Below are positions 1-9,791 of a stretch of 64,000 nucleotides of DNA, piece after piece. The DNA is from Fibrobacteria bacterium. GTDB lineage: Bacteria; Fibrobacterota; Fibrobacteria; UBA5070. The stretch is taken from the NCBI GenBank assembly GCA_020633825.1, contig JACKCV010000002.1, forward strand, positions 139,553-203,552, in the 5' to 3' direction. Every line of letters starts with the position of its first letter. The first letter of the stretch is position 1. Below the pieces are notes generated by a model. The model worked only from the letters and a program-made list of their open reading frames with translations. It made no database searches and had not been told where the DNA came from. A program made the translations under genes and the position numbers.

Positions 1-1350
1 GAGAGCCAGCCCTGGCTGGCGCGGAAGTTCTACGCCTGGAAGCGCGATCTTGCGGTCTCGGATCTCGAATCCCCTCCTCCCGACCGCGATTCCACCTGGG
101 ACGCGGTGGTTTCGGTGCGCGTGAAGGGCGTGGAGCCGGGAAAGGACCTGGAACTCTCGGGGACGGGGCGGTCCTTGCGGCGGGCGGTCGAGCCTTTCCT
201 CGTCAACCGGGGCGTGTCGCTGGGGATCGTGAATTCCCGAGGCATCTGGTTCCCCATCTACCAGAGGGAAGGCCAGGAGACCGCACCGGTCCGGGGGGTC
301 CCCTTGTCCCGGGCGGTCTTCGACGCGTTGCGGCGCGGGCCCCGCGGCCTGCTCTGGCGCGGATCGGGGGGCGAAGGGGATCCGCTGCCGCACGGAAATC
401 TCGTCAACGTGCGCCCCATCAAGGTCTGGGGCGGCCTGGAATGGCTCCTGGTCCTGCATCTTCCGCGACGGGAAGTGACCGCTCCCCTGATCGCCCAGTT
501 CGGCTGGACGGCGTTGGTGTTCCTCGGACTGAGCGCGGTGTGGATCATCCTCGCCTGGTCGCTTCTGCGGAGGGATCTGCGGCTGACCCACCTGGAAGCG
601 GATCTCCAACGGTTGCAGGAGTTGCGACGCAAGGACGAACAGCTTCTGTACGCCGAGAAGCTGGCCACGGTGGGCGTTCTGGTGTCGGGGCTCGCCCACG
701 AGATCGGGACTCCGTTGGGCATCGTGTCCATGCGCCTGCAACTTCTCAAGCGGCGCACCGCCGAGGGCCACGAGGATCGCAAGACCCTCGACACCGCCCT
801 GGAGCAGCTCGATCGCGTGACCGGTCTCATCCGGCAACTCCTGGATTTCGCGCGTTCCAAACCGGGATCGCCCCAACGGGTGATCCTGTCCGAAGTCGCC
901 CGCTCGGTGGTCGATCTGGTGGAACCCCTCGCTCGCAGGCGCAATGCGCGCCTGGAGCTGGATCTGCCCGAAGGGCTTCCAGCCATCTCGGGAAGTCCGG
1001 AAGGGCTCCAGCAGGTCCTGCTCAACCTGGTGATGAACGCCCTGCAGGCGGTGGGCGACCACGGAACCGTGGCGATCTCCGGCCACCTCGAGGACGAGTG
1101 CGTGGTCCTGGCGGTCGACGACGACGGTCCGGGAATTCCTCCGGAGCACCGCGTGGCCGTCTTCGATCCCTTCTTCACCACCAAGAGGCAGGGCGAGGGA
1201 TCCGGGTTGGGGCTCACCGTCGTCCTCGGACTGGTGCAGCGCATGGGCGGGGAATTGCGGGTGGGCACGAGTTCCCTGGGCGGTGCGCGCTTCGAGGCCA
1301 CGCTGCCGGAGTGGACCCAGGAGGGCGGCACCTCGGTGAACTACTCTTGA
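1..1350 (+). CDS. Sensor histidine kinase (5'-partial: periplasmic sensor region, TM helix, HisKA, HATPase_c)
   Basis: Frame is open from nt 1, so the gene starts upstream of the window; ORF track lists 106..1350. TM 'TALVFLGLSAVWIILAWSLL'; H-box 'LAHEIGTPLGIV'; G-boxes 'DDDGPGIP' and 'GSGLGLTVV'. Confidence 0.8.
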   Translation, partial: ESQPWLARKFYAWKRDLAVSDLESPPPDRDSTWDAVVSVRVKGVEPGKDLELSGTGRSLRRAVEPFLVNRGVSLGIVNSRGIWFPIYQREGQETAPVRGVPLSRAVFDALRRGPRGLLWRGSGGEGDPLPHGNLVNVRPIKVWGGLEWLLVLHLPRREVTAPLIAQFGWTALVFLGLSAVWIILAWSLLRRDLRLTHLEADLQRLQELRRKDEQLLYAEKLATVGVLVSGLAHEIGTPLGIVSMRLQLLKRRTAEGHEDRKTLDTALEQLDRVTGLIRQLLDFARSKPGSPQRVILSEVARSVVDLVEPLARRRNARLELDLPEGLPAISGSPEGLQQVLLNLVMNALQAVGDHGTVAISGHLEDECVVLAVDDDGPGIPPEHRVAVFDPFFTTKRQGEGSGLGLTVVLGLVQRMGGELRVGTSSLGGARFEATLPEWTQEGGTSVNYS

Positions 1351-1357
1351 GCCCCTC

Positions 1358-2752
1358 ATGAGCCGAATCGCGATCCACGACGTCGTCGTCGTCGACGACA
1401 TCCTCGAAATGGCCGAGGCCCTGCGCGACCTGCTCCAGGCCGAGGGCATCTCCGCCGAGGCCGTGAACGACCCCACGGTGGCCTTGGCCCGGGCCCGGGA
1501 CGGGAAGGCCAGGGTGATCCTGTCCGACGTCAACATGCCCGTGATGACCGGGCTCGAACTGGTCCGGGAGATCCGCAGGGCGGACAACTCCGTCCCGGTG
1601 CTCCTGATCACCGCCTTCGCGCGCTTGGAGGACGCGATGGACGCCGTGCGCGCCGGGGCCTACCACTACCTGACCAAACCGGTGCGCGACGAGGACCTGC
1701 TGCTGTGGGTCCGTCGCGCCCTGGAAGAAGTGCGGATGCGTCAGGAATTGGCTGGTCTGCAGGGGCAGGACGAGACCTTGCGATCGCACAACGCGCGCAT
1801 GCAGCGCATGCTGTCGCAGATCCCGCGACTGGCGCAACTCTCCGGGACGGTCCTGGTGACGGGGGAGTCCGGCACGGGGAAGGAGCGCGTGGCGAGGTCC
1901 CTGCATTTCCTGTCCCATCGCGCGGAGAAGCCTTTCGTTCCGGTCAACTGCGGGGCGATCCCGGAAAACCTGATCGAATCCGAGCTGTTCGGGCACGAGG
2001 AAGGCGCGTTCACCGGTGCGATGAGGAATCGGGAGGGACTTCTCCGGGTAGCCGGCGAAGGGACGCTCTTCCTCGACGAGATCGGCGAACTGCCACTGCT
2101 CATGCAGGCGAAATTGCTTCGCGTCCTCCAGGAGGGAACCTACCGTCCCGTCGGAGCCGGACGGGAGAAGGCGTTCGAGGCGCGCGTGGTGGCGGCCACC
2201 AACCGCGATCTCGCCGAGGAGGTGCGCCGGGGTCGATTCCGCGAGGACCTCTTCTACCGCTTGAATGTCATCCCCTTGCACCTGCCTCCCCTCCGGGAGC
2301 GTCCCGAGGACATCGTGCCTCTCGCCCAGCGCTTCCTGGATCGCCATTCCCGCAGGGCGGGAGGGGAAGTGAGGAAATTGTCCAGGGACTCCCGCGACCT
2401 CCTGGAGCGACATCCCTGGCCGGGGAACATCCGCGAACTCGCCAACGCCATGGAGCGGGTCGTGGCCTTCGCGGAATCCGTCACGATCGAGCCGTGGGAC
2501 CTCGAATTCCTCGCCCAGGGCCAAGCGCGCCTGGCCGGAGAGAACCCTCTCACGATGGATTGGCCCTCCCTGGAGGAGTTGGAGCGCCGATACATCGACC
2601 GCGTCCTCCGGAGGACCGGCGGGCATCGGGGACGCGCCTGCGAAATCCTCGGGATGGATCCGAAAACACTCTACCGGAAGCTCCAGAAATCGGGCGAACT
2701 GGGGGATGGGTCGGGCAGGATGCCCGATTCCTCCGCAGGGGAAGAGGATTGA
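1358..2752 (+). CDS. Sigma-54-dependent response regulator (NtrC family: REC + AAA+ sigma-54 interaction + Fis-type HTH)
   Basis: REC 'VVVVDD...' with conserved D; Walker A 'GESGTGKE'; 'ESELFGHEEGAFTGA' GAFTGA motif; C-terminal HTH 'ACEILGMDPKTLYRKLQK'. Starts 7 nt after the kinase stop. Confidence 0.9.
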   Translation: MSRIAIHDVVVVDDILEMAEALRDLLQAEGISAEAVNDPTVALARARDGKARVILSDVNMPVMTGLELVREIRRADNSVPVLLITAFARLEDAMDAVRAGAYHYLTKPVRDEDLLLWVRRALEEVRMRQELAGLQGQDETLRSHNARMQRMLSQIPRLAQLSGTVLVTGESGTGKERVARSLHFLSHRAEKPFVPVNCGAIPENLIESELFGHEEGAFTGAMRNREGLLRVAGEGTLFLDEIGELPLLMQAKLLRVLQEGTYRPVGAGREKAFEARVVAATNRDLAEEVRRGRFREDLFYRLNVIPLHLPPLRERPEDIVPLAQRFLDRHSRRAGGEVRKLSRDSRDLLERHPWPGNIRELANAMERVVAFAESVTIEPWDLEFLAQGQARLAGENPLTMDWPSLEELERRYIDRVLRRTGGHRGRACEILGMDPKTLYRKLQKSGELGDGSGRMPDSSAGEED

Positions 2753-2780
2753 AATACGGGGCTTGTTGCTGATTTGTCAT

Positions 2781-2797
2781 TGGCACGAACGATGCTT
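2781..2797 (+). promoter_or_regulatory. Putative sigma-54 (-24/-12) promoter TGGCACG-N4-ATGC
   Basis: TGGCAC with GG-N10-GC spacing, 55-75 nt upstream of the lipoprotein ATG and directly downstream of the NtrC-family activator gene. Confidence 0.45.
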
Positions 2798-2854
2798 TAT
2801 TCCGTCCCAGAGAGACATTTGTCTCACGAAACACCACTCCCACAAGGATTCATC

Positions 2855-3028
2855 ATGAAGAAGTTCGCCTTCGCCGCCGTCGTTGCTCTCACCTTCGTTG
2901 CTTGCCAGAAGAAGGAAGAGGCTGCTCCCGTCGTCGACACCACCGCCGTGGCCGCCGCTCCCGCCGACTCCGCCGTTGCCGACTCCGCCAAGGTCGACTC
3001 CGCCGTCGTCGATTCCGCCAAGAAGTAA
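2855..3028 (+). CDS. Small lipoprotein (58 aa) with DSA(V/K)(A/V) tandem peptide repeats
   Basis: ATG at 2855 with AAGGA RBS; signal + lipobox 'VALTFVAC'; repeats 'DSAVADSAKVDSAVVDSAKK'. Confidence 0.6.
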   Translation: MKKFAFAAVVALTFVACQKKEEAAPVVDTTAVAAAPADSAVADSAKVDSAVVDSAKK

Positions 3029-3033
3029 TTGGG

Positions 3034-3095
3034 CCGCCCTCCTTCGGAGGGCTGTCGCGATTCGAACCTCGGATCCTCGGATTCGGGGTTTTTTC
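3034..3095 (+). terminator. Putative intrinsic terminator (GCCCTCC-UUCG-GGAGGGC hairpin, downstream T6)
   Basis: 7-bp GC stem with UUCG tetraloop right after the stop at 3028; T6 run at ~3086. Confidence 0.35.
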
Positions 3096-3144
3096 GTATC
3101 TGCCGTTTAGATTTCGAGATCCAACCCTGCGGAGGATTTTCAGC

Positions 3145-5862
3145 ATGAAGCGTCCTGTCAAGATCGTCGCCATCCTATTGGTCGTCGCCGCCGTCGCCGC
3201 GGGGGCCGTGGCTGGAGCCCTGGCGGTGCTGTTTCCGCCCCAGAAGGTGAAGGAACTCGTGTTGGAGAAGGCTGGGCACGTCCTGCATCGCGAGGTGAAG
3301 CTCCAAAGCGCCTCCCTGCGGTTCTTCCCCTTCCTGGGGGTCTCCCTGGAGGGGTTCGAAGTCGCCAACAACCCCGACAGCGGGTTCGCGACCGCCCCCC
3401 TTGTCAGCCTCAAGAGCCTCGATGTGAAGCTCTCGACCATGTCGCTCCTGCGCATGGCGCCCGTCGTGGACGGGATCGTCCTGCAGGAACCGCGCATCCG
3501 CGTCGAGATCCTGGCCGATGGCAGGACGTCGTTGGACGGACTGGGAGGGGACCGCACCCCCAAAAAGGCGCCCTCCAAGTCGGATTCCGTCAAAGCCCTG
3601 CGTCTGCCCTTCCCGCTTTCCGTGCGCAAGGTCGCCATCGAGGATGGCAGCGTGGCCTGGCTCGATCGCCGGGACGGTCGGGAAGTGGTCCTGGGGGACA
3701 TCGACCAGGAGGTCTCCCTGCAGACCGACGCCGCTCTGGAGAACGTGCACACCGTCGGACGCCTCGATTTCCAGGATGTATCGGTTTCCGGCCCCGGAAT
3801 GCCCGTGCGCAAGGGGGGCATCCACCTGTTCGTGGCGCACGATCTGAACCTCAACCTGCCCGGAGCGGTGGTGGAGATCGCCTCGATCAAGGCCGGTGTG
3901 CAGGACATGTCGGTCGAGATTTCCGGGAAGGCCAGCAACATCCTCCGTTCTCCCGGGATTGACCTGCGCGTGCGTACCGCCGAACCCATCGACTTGAAGA
4001 AGCTCCTGGCGGAGGTTCCCAAGGAGGTGTCGCCGGAACTTTCCAAGCTGTCCCTGCAGGGGGCTTTCGACATGGACCTCACCGCCCGGGGCGAAGTGGT
4101 GGCCGGGTCGGTGCCGACCGTCGACGGGACCATGCATGTCCGCGGGCTCTCCGCTTCGGTGCAGGGGGTTCCCGCCCGCCTCGAGAATTTCGGGATGGCC
4201 ATCCATCTCCTGGGGACCACGACGGTCGAGATCGACTCCACGTCCTGGACCCTCAACGGGGACAAGGGGCATCTGCTCCTGGCCATCGACAGTCTTCCCG
4301 TCGGTGGCGATTCCCTGAGGGTGCCGGTGCTGCGCAATCTGGATGCCCAGGGATCGGTGGACCTCGCCGCTTTCGCCCAGGTCGCTTCTCCGCTGGCTCC
4401 CGTTCTCGACACCCTCTCTCCCTCCGGGACGGTGATCTGGAAGGTCGCCGCCAAGGGGCGTCTCGATCCCGCCAACCCCACGGGGCTCGCCGTTTCCGGG
4501 GATGTCGGATTCAAGGGCGTCGAGGCTTCCCTGCCGGGCGCCGCCGATCGCATGAAGGTCAACGGGTCCTTCGGACTCGACAACACCTCCGCGAAGCTGG
4601 ATCTGGCCGTTGTGTCCGGCCCCACGGACCTCGACGTGAAGGGGCGTGTCGTCGACTGGCTGGTCCTGGCTCTGCCCAAATTGGCCTCCGCTCGTGTCGC
4701 CAAGGCCGACCTCAAGGTGAAGTCCACCCTGATCGATCTCGACCGCCTCCTGCCGCCGCCCGACACCAGTTCGACGCCCGCAGCTTCCTCGAAGCCGCTG
4801 GAGCTTCCCAAGCTGCCGCCGATCTCCCTCCAGGCGACCTTCGACGCCTCGACCATCAAGCTGATGGGGCTGTCGATCACGGGGATCCGCAGCCGCACCG
4901 ACCTGCAGGGCGGGAAATTGGTGGAGACCATGGACGGGTCCGTCGCCAAGGGGCGGATCCGTCAGGATTTGACGGCCTCCCTGGGCGATCCGTCGAACCT
5001 TTCGGCGAAGTTCTCCACCAACCTGACCGGGGTCCAGATGCACGATCTGCTGGTGGCGGTGAAGCCTCGCCTTCCCAAGGGGCTCATCACGCAGATGGCC
5101 GACAAGATCTTCGGCACGGGCAACGTCGCCGTCACGGGTTCCGTCGACGGTCCCCCTTCCCGGATCGAATCCCTGCTGCGCGCCGACCTCTCGATGGACC
5201 TCAAGGACGGGAAGCTCGTCGACGTGCCGCTGTTCACCCGCCTGGGCCAGGGCATGAAGAAGGTCTGGTCGGGGGCCCCGTCCCTGGAAGTCCTCGAGTT
5301 CGCCTCGATGGTGCTCACCGCGCAGTTGCGCGACGAGCGCATCGAGATCAAGGACATGACCATGGATGGAGCGGACATCGGGCTGATCCAAGTCAAGGGA
5401 TTCATCGCGAAGGACCAGTCCCTGGATCTGAAGGTCGACACCCACATGCCGGAAGCCGCGGGAGGCGCCTTGCAAGGGGGTGCGGGAGTGGTGGTCTCCG
5501 CGAGCGGTCCGGTGGCATCCGCCCTGGGGATCGATCCCGGCCAGGCTCTTCCGCAGGACGACCAGGGCCGCGTCATCCTCGCCTGGACCGTGACCGGCAC
5601 CTTCAACGACCCCAAGGTCCGTCCCGATGCCAAGGCCCTGACCGACGGAGCGAAATCGGCGGCCAAGGCGGCGTTGGACGCGGCCAAGGCCAAGGCCGAA
5701 GCCGAAGCCAAGCGGGTCAAGGACGAAGCCGAAGCCGAGGCACGGCGGATCAAGGCGGAGGCGGAAGCCAAGGCCAAGGCGGAAATCGAATCGCGCAAGA
5801 ACGAGGCGACGAACAAGGCCAAGGATGCCGTGAAGGGGCGCTTGAAAGGCTTCGGTCTCTGA
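3145..5862 (+). CDS. AsmA family protein (outer-membrane biogenesis / lipid-transport family)
   Basis: GGAGGA RBS then ATG; N-terminal anchor 'MKRPVKIVAILLVVAAVAAGAVAG'; ~900 aa; C-terminal A/E/K-rich coiled coil. Confidence 0.75.
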   Translation: MKRPVKIVAILLVVAAVAAGAVAGALAVLFPPQKVKELVLEKAGHVLHREVKLQSASLRFFPFLGVSLEGFEVANNPDSGFATAPLVSLKSLDVKLSTMSLLRMAPVVDGIVLQEPRIRVEILADGRTSLDGLGGDRTPKKAPSKSDSVKALRLPFPLSVRKVAIEDGSVAWLDRRDGREVVLGDIDQEVSLQTDAALENVHTVGRLDFQDVSVSGPGMPVRKGGIHLFVAHDLNLNLPGAVVEIASIKAGVQDMSVEISGKASNILRSPGIDLRVRTAEPIDLKKLLAEVPKEVSPELSKLSLQGAFDMDLTARGEVVAGSVPTVDGTMHVRGLSASVQGVPARLENFGMAIHLLGTTTVEIDSTSWTLNGDKGHLLLAIDSLPVGGDSLRVPVLRNLDAQGSVDLAAFAQVASPLAPVLDTLSPSGTVIWKVAAKGRLDPANPTGLAVSGDVGFKGVEASLPGAADRMKVNGSFGLDNTSAKLDLAVVSGPTDLDVKGRVVDWLVLALPKLASARVAKADLKVKSTLIDLDRLLPPPDTSSTPAASSKPLELPKLPPISLQATFDASTIKLMGLSITGIRSRTDLQGGKLVETMDGSVAKGRIRQDLTASLGDPSNLSAKFSTNLTGVQMHDLLVAVKPRLPKGLITQMADKIFGTGNVAVTGSVDGPPSRIESLLRADLSMDLKDGKLVDVPLFTRLGQGMKKVWSGAPSLEVLEFASMVLTAQLRDERIEIKDMTMDGADIGLIQVKGFIAKDQSLDLKVDTHMPEAAGGALQGGAGVVVSASGPVASALGIDPGQALPQDDQGRVILAWTVTGTFNDPKVRPDAKALTDGAKSAAKAALDAAKAKAEAEAKRVKDEAEAEARRIKAEAEAKAKAEIESRKNEATNKAKDAVKGRLKGFGL

Positions 5863-5948
5863 GCCCTCGATCCTCTTCCGCGGGGGCGCATGCCCCCGGT
5901 CCCCTTCCCGGTCTGCGTCTCGAGGCCTCCACGCGCCGCCGGATCTTC

Positions 5949-6590
5949 GTGGGGGATGTCCACGGGTGCTTCGACGAACTCCAGGATCTGATCGAAGAAG
6001 TCGGCTGGAGCCCCGAGGACGAATGGATCCTGGTGGGGGACCTTCTCAACAAGGGGCCCGATTCCCTCGGCGTGCTCGAATGGGCGAAGGATTCGGGAGC
6101 GCGGACCTTGTTGGGAAACCACGAAGGGAAGTTGCTCTCCTGCCTCGACAAGCCCCACGAGTCCTTGACATCCAAGGAGAGGGCTCTGCTGGCCTCCCTG
6201 GGGGAGAGTCCGCAGGAATTCGGGGATTGGATTCGAACCTGGCCGCGATGGATTGAATGGCCGGACCTGGTGGCCGTCCACGCCGGACTGGAACCAGGGG
6301 TCTCCCGGCTGGAAGCCATGCGCGAGCGCATCGTCCTGACTGTCCGGACCTGGGATGGGTGTGGGGAGGAGCTCGATCGCATCGGCGATCCCGCCTGGTA
6401 CGCGGTCGTCGACTGGCCGGTTCCGGTGGTCTTCGGGCACTGGGCCGCGGGGGGATTGGTGGATCTTCCTGTTTGCAAGGGCCTGGACACCGGATGCGTC
6501 TATGGTGGAAAGCTCACGGCCTGGAGTCCCGACGAACATCGGTTCTGGCAGGTCCCCGCCCATCGGGAATGGATCCCCTTCCGGGACTGA
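5949..6590 (+). CDS. ApaH-like metallophosphoesterase (symmetrical Ap4A hydrolase / PPP-family phosphatase)
   Basis: GTG start; 'GDVHGCFDEL', 'GDLLNKGPDSLGVL', 'LGNHEGKLL' match ApaH/PPP motifs. Confidence 0.75.
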   Translation: MGDVHGCFDELQDLIEEVGWSPEDEWILVGDLLNKGPDSLGVLEWAKDSGARTLLGNHEGKLLSCLDKPHESLTSKERALLASLGESPQEFGDWIRTWPRWIEWPDLVAVHAGLEPGVSRLEAMRERIVLTVRTWDGCGEELDRIGDPAWYAVVDWPVPVVFGHWAAGGLVDLPVCKGLDTGCVYGGKLTAWSPDEHRFWQVPAHREWIPFRD

Positions 6591-6692
6591 ACCGATTCCG
6601 GACCCCGGGATCTCCTCGATGACCTTCGGAGAGGTTCGAGCAGGCTCGCTCGGTCGACCGCCGAGGATCCGATGCGTTTTTAGGTTGGAGCC

Positions 6693-7433
6693 ATGGATAC
6701 CATGCGGATCGGATTGGCCCAGTTGGATCAGGCCTTCGAGGACAAGGAGACCACCAAGGCGAGGATCGCTGATCTTCTCGGGGGGGATCCCATCGATCTT
6801 CTGGTGTTGCCGGAGATGACTCTCACGGGGTTCTCGATGGATTCCCGGCAGACCACCCTCACCGCGGAAGACCACGCTTGGTTCCAGGACCTGGCTCGGC
6901 GCGGCGGCCACGCCATCATCTACGGCGGGGTCGAAGACGGATGCAATTGCTTGAACCTGGTGGATCGTCGGGGGCTCCGGGCCCGTCCCTACGGAAAGCG
7001 CCACCTGTTCGGGCTGGGTGGGGAGCGCGAGGCTTACCTTCCCGGATCGGACCGGATCGTGTGGGAGCTGGAGGGGTGGAGGATCCTTCCCGCGGTCTGC
7101 TACGATCTGCGGTTTACCTACCACTTCTGGGACCTCGCGTCGGAAATCGACGCAGTGGTCGTTTCGGCCAATTGGCCGGCCTCCCGCCGCGGGCACTGGA
7201 GGGCCTTGCTACAGGCCCGCGCCATCGAGAACCTGGTTCCCGTGCTGGGCTGCAACCGAATCGGGCGCGACCCGATGGTCCGCTACTGCGGCGATTCGCT
7301 GGTCTTCGACGCCATGGGGGAGGTCGTGGCCGATGCCGGAGCGGAAGCCACGCTGCTGCGCTGCACGTTGGAACGCGAGCGGACTCGCGAGGTCCGCAGG
7401 AAACTCCCCTTCCTGAACGATCGCCTGGCCTGA
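6693..7433 (+). CDS. Carbon-nitrogen hydrolase (nitrilase superfamily, omega-amidase/YafV-like)
   Basis: E-K-C triad context: 'LPEMTLTGF', 'GKRHLF', 'ILPAVCYDLRF'. Confidence 0.8.
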   Translation: MDTMRIGLAQLDQAFEDKETTKARIADLLGGDPIDLLVLPEMTLTGFSMDSRQTTLTAEDHAWFQDLARRGGHAIIYGGVEDGCNCLNLVDRRGLRARPYGKRHLFGLGGEREAYLPGSDRIVWELEGWRILPAVCYDLRFTYHFWDLASEIDAVVVSANWPASRRGHWRALLQARAIENLVPVLGCNRIGRDPMVRYCGDSLVFDAMGEVVADAGAEATLLRCTLERERTREVRRKLPFLNDRLA

Positions 7434-7503
7434 AGCGGCGCGCGTCCACCCTCCCGATGGCCCCGACCCGAAGGGGGACGCGGGGGAGCGACGGAACCGC
7501 GGA

Positions 7504-8385
7504 TCACTCCAGGTTGAGCCCCTGTTCCCGGATGGCCTCGAGTTCTTCCTTCATGGAGATCACCAGGGACGTGATGGCCGCCTCCTGGCACTTGGAGCCG
7601 GTGGTGTTGGTTTCACGAAGCATCTCCTGCAGCAGGAAGCCGATGCGCTTGCCGACGGCTCCTCCGTCCCGGATGGTCTTCCGGAATGCGGCGATGTGGG
7701 TCGCCAGGCGTGTCATCTCTTCCTGGACATCCAGGCGTTCCGACATGTGGCCGATCTCCTGGGCGATGCGGGCCGGGTCGATTTCTCGTCCATCGAGATA
7801 TTCCGCGATCCGTGCCTCGAGGTTCTCCCGGACCTTCTCCAGATGGGTCCGGGCGAGGGCCGGGATGGACGTGGAGGCTTCCTCGATGCGGTCGAGTCGG
7901 GCGAGGATGTCGGATTCCAGGCTCGCGCCCTCGCGCAGGCGGAAGGCGTCGAATTCCGACAGGGCAGTCGCGAGCGTATCGAGGAGCGGTTGGCGGAAGG
8001 CTTCGATGGAGGGCTCGGCTTCGGTTTCCGGGCGCCGGGACCCGGCCCAGGCGAGGACATCGGACAGGGTGACCGATGCGGCGGGGAACCCGGCGGCTTC
8101 GGCTTCGAGGCGAAGTTCCTGCGCGAGCTTGGCCAGGTGTCCCGCACCCTTGGATGGAGTGCTGGATCCGAGTTCCTCCATGTTGGCCGAAACCGTGAGG
8201 GAGCCGCGGCCGACCTGGCCCGCCAGCGCTTCCCGCAGAGCCGGTTCGAGAGGATGGAGCATCCGCGGCAACTTGATCTGGGCTTCCAGGAACCGGCCGT
8301 TGACCGAGCGCAGGTCGAGGGTGATCCGGTGGGTGGAGGTCTCGACGGACGCGGTCCCGTATCCTGTCATGCTGCGAATGGCCAT
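7504..8385 (-). CDS. yicC: YicC family protein
   Basis: N-terminus 'MAIRSMTGYG' is characteristic of YicC; ~293 aa. Start chosen inside the longer ORF 7504..8526. Confidence 0.8.
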   Translation of the reverse strand: MAIRSMTGYGTASVETSTHRITLDLRSVNGRFLEAQIKLPRMLHPLEPALREALAGQVGRGSLTVSANMEELGSSTPSKGAGHLAKLAQELRLEAEAAGFPAASVTLSDVLAWAGSRRPETEAEPSIEAFRQPLLDTLATALSEFDAFRLREGASLESDILARLDRIEEASTSIPALARTHLEKVRENLEARIAEYLDGREIDPARIAQEIGHMSERLDVQEEMTRLATHIAAFRKTIRDGGAVGKRIGFLLQEMLRETNTTGSKCQEAAITSLVISMKEELEAIREQGLNLE

Positions 8386-8542
8386 CGGGAGGGCTCCTTG
8401 GAAGAACGATCGTGGGTTGGTCGGAGCCCAAAGGTACCTCCACCCGGACGATCGATTCCCGAGTTCTTTCCCAGAGGGAAAGCATGATCGGGGCGATTCT
8501 ATAAGGTGGATCTTTTCATCTGTCAATCAAGAAATGCGTGGT

Positions 8543-8557
8543 GCGACAAATTGCCGC
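8543..8557 (+). promoter_or_regulatory. Candidate RegA/PrrA-type box GCGAC-N5-GCCGC (imperfect dyad) in divergent promoter region
   Basis: Sits in the AT-richer 245-nt region between yicC and the Rieske/cyt-b operon; fits the GCGNC-N5-GNCGC pattern recalled for PrrA/RegA sites. Confidence 0.2.
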
Positions 8558-8630
8558 ATTGTTCATCGGGGGCAAGTCAATGATCATTGCTAGCCAACGA
8601 TGACCGCCCAAATCCACGGAAAGGCGACCC

Positions 8631-9791
8631 ATGATTGACCCTCTTCTCCGCATCGGAGGCGCCCTGGTGATGGCCGGGAACATGCCTCCGGCGGATTCGC
8701 TCGCGCTCCCGGCTCCGGTCTGGCTCCTCAAGACCCTGCACGACCTCACCCTCGCCTTGCACTTCGGTGCCCTCCACCTCCTGGTGGGCGGATTGGCCCT
8801 GGTGGTGGTCTGGAACCTGGTCGGTCATCTGCGCAAGGACGAGGCGACCCGCAGGTCTTCCGAAGTGGTCGCCCGGAAACTCCCCGTGGTGACCACCTAC
8901 GTGATCAACCTCGGGGTTCCACCGCTCCTGTTCGCCCAGGTCCTCTACGGCCAGGCGCTCTACACCAGTTCCGTCCTGATGGCCGCCTGGTGGTTTTCCG
9001 CCGTGTTCCTCATCATGGGCGCCTACGCGATCCTGTACCGCATGGCCTACCTGGCCGACAAGGAGCGCCCGTTCTGGTGGTGGGCGATCGCGGCCGCGGC
9101 GGTCCTTTCCTTCGTCGGACGTCTCTTCTCCGGAAACATGACCCTCATGCTGCGCTCCGAGTCCTGGAACGCCCTCTACGCGGCCGATCCCCACGGCATG
9201 TCGCTTCCCGCCGATCCCACCACCTGGCCCCGCCTGATCCTCATGTTCCTTTCCTTCATCGGATTGGGAGCCCTGGGCACGTCCCTGTGGGCCAACATCG
9301 ACAATGCGCGCGGAGTGGCCGCGGCGTTGCGCCGCAAGAGCGCCCTGGTCGCGGTGGTGGTCCTTCCCGCCGTGCTGTTCGCGGGGCTGCGAGCCATGGG
9401 GGTCCAGCCCGTCGGTGTGCAATCCGCGGTCTTGGGATCCCCCCTGGGACATGCGCTTTCGTGGGTCTGGATCGGCTCCATCGCCACCGCCTTCCTGGTC
9501 GCCGCCGCGCTGGCCTGGAAACCCGTCGGTTGGATCTCCTGGTTGGGGACGGTCCCCGCCTTGGGAGCTTTGGCGAGCCTGACCATCGTCCGCGACCTCG
9601 TTCGCGATGCCACGCTCGGTCCGCAAGGTTTGGACGTCTGGGCCTCGGTGGTGCACACCAACTGGACCTTGGTCTGGATCTTCCTCGTGACCCTGGTCCT
9701 GGGGCTCGCCTTCGTGGCCTGGATCGGCGTCGTCATCGGGCGCGCCACACCCGCATCCTCGCTCACTTCCGCGGAGGGATCCCATGTCTGA
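8631..9791 (+). CDS. Polytopic membrane protein (~10 TM, uncharacterised), first gene of Rieske/cyt-b operon
   Basis: Hydrophobic helices throughout; stop overlaps the Rieske start by 8 nt (translational coupling). Confidence 0.6.
   Translation: MIDPLLRIGGALVMAGNMPPADSLALPAPVWLLKTLHDLTLALHFGALHLLVGGLALVVVWNLVGHLRKDEATRRSSEVVARKLPVVTTYVINLGVPPLLFAQVLYGQALYTSSVLMAAWWFSAVFLIMGAYAILYRMAYLADKERPFWWWAIAAAAVLSFVGRLFSGNMTLMLRSESWNALYAADPHGMSLPADPTTWPRLILMFLSFIGLGALGTSLWANIDNARGVAAALRRKSALVAVVVLPAVLFAGLRAMGVQPVGVQSAVLGSPLGHALSWVWIGSIATAFLVAAALAWKPVGWISWLGTVPALGALASLTIVRDLVRDATLGPQGLDVWASVVHTNWTLVWIFLVTLVLGLAFVAWIGVVIGRATPASSLTSAEGSHV

Noticed and set aside
3055-3075. tRNA-like 'gattcgaacctcgg' (T-loop-like) after the small lipoprotein gene
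   Set aside because: No acceptor stem or anticodon arm can be folded around it; it is better explained as part of the terminator / 8-mer direct repeat (cctcggat x2).
258-5475. Antisense ORFs 258..1331 (-), 1214..2626 (-), 2889..4949 (-), 3175..5475 (-)
   Set aside because: Overlap well-supported kinase, EBP and AsmA genes; R/P/S-rich artefactual translations.
5863-5948. Hairpin CGGGGG-CGCATG-CCCCCG after asmA as a terminator
   Set aside because: No downstream U run; at most a weak or rho-dependent site, so not reported as a feature.
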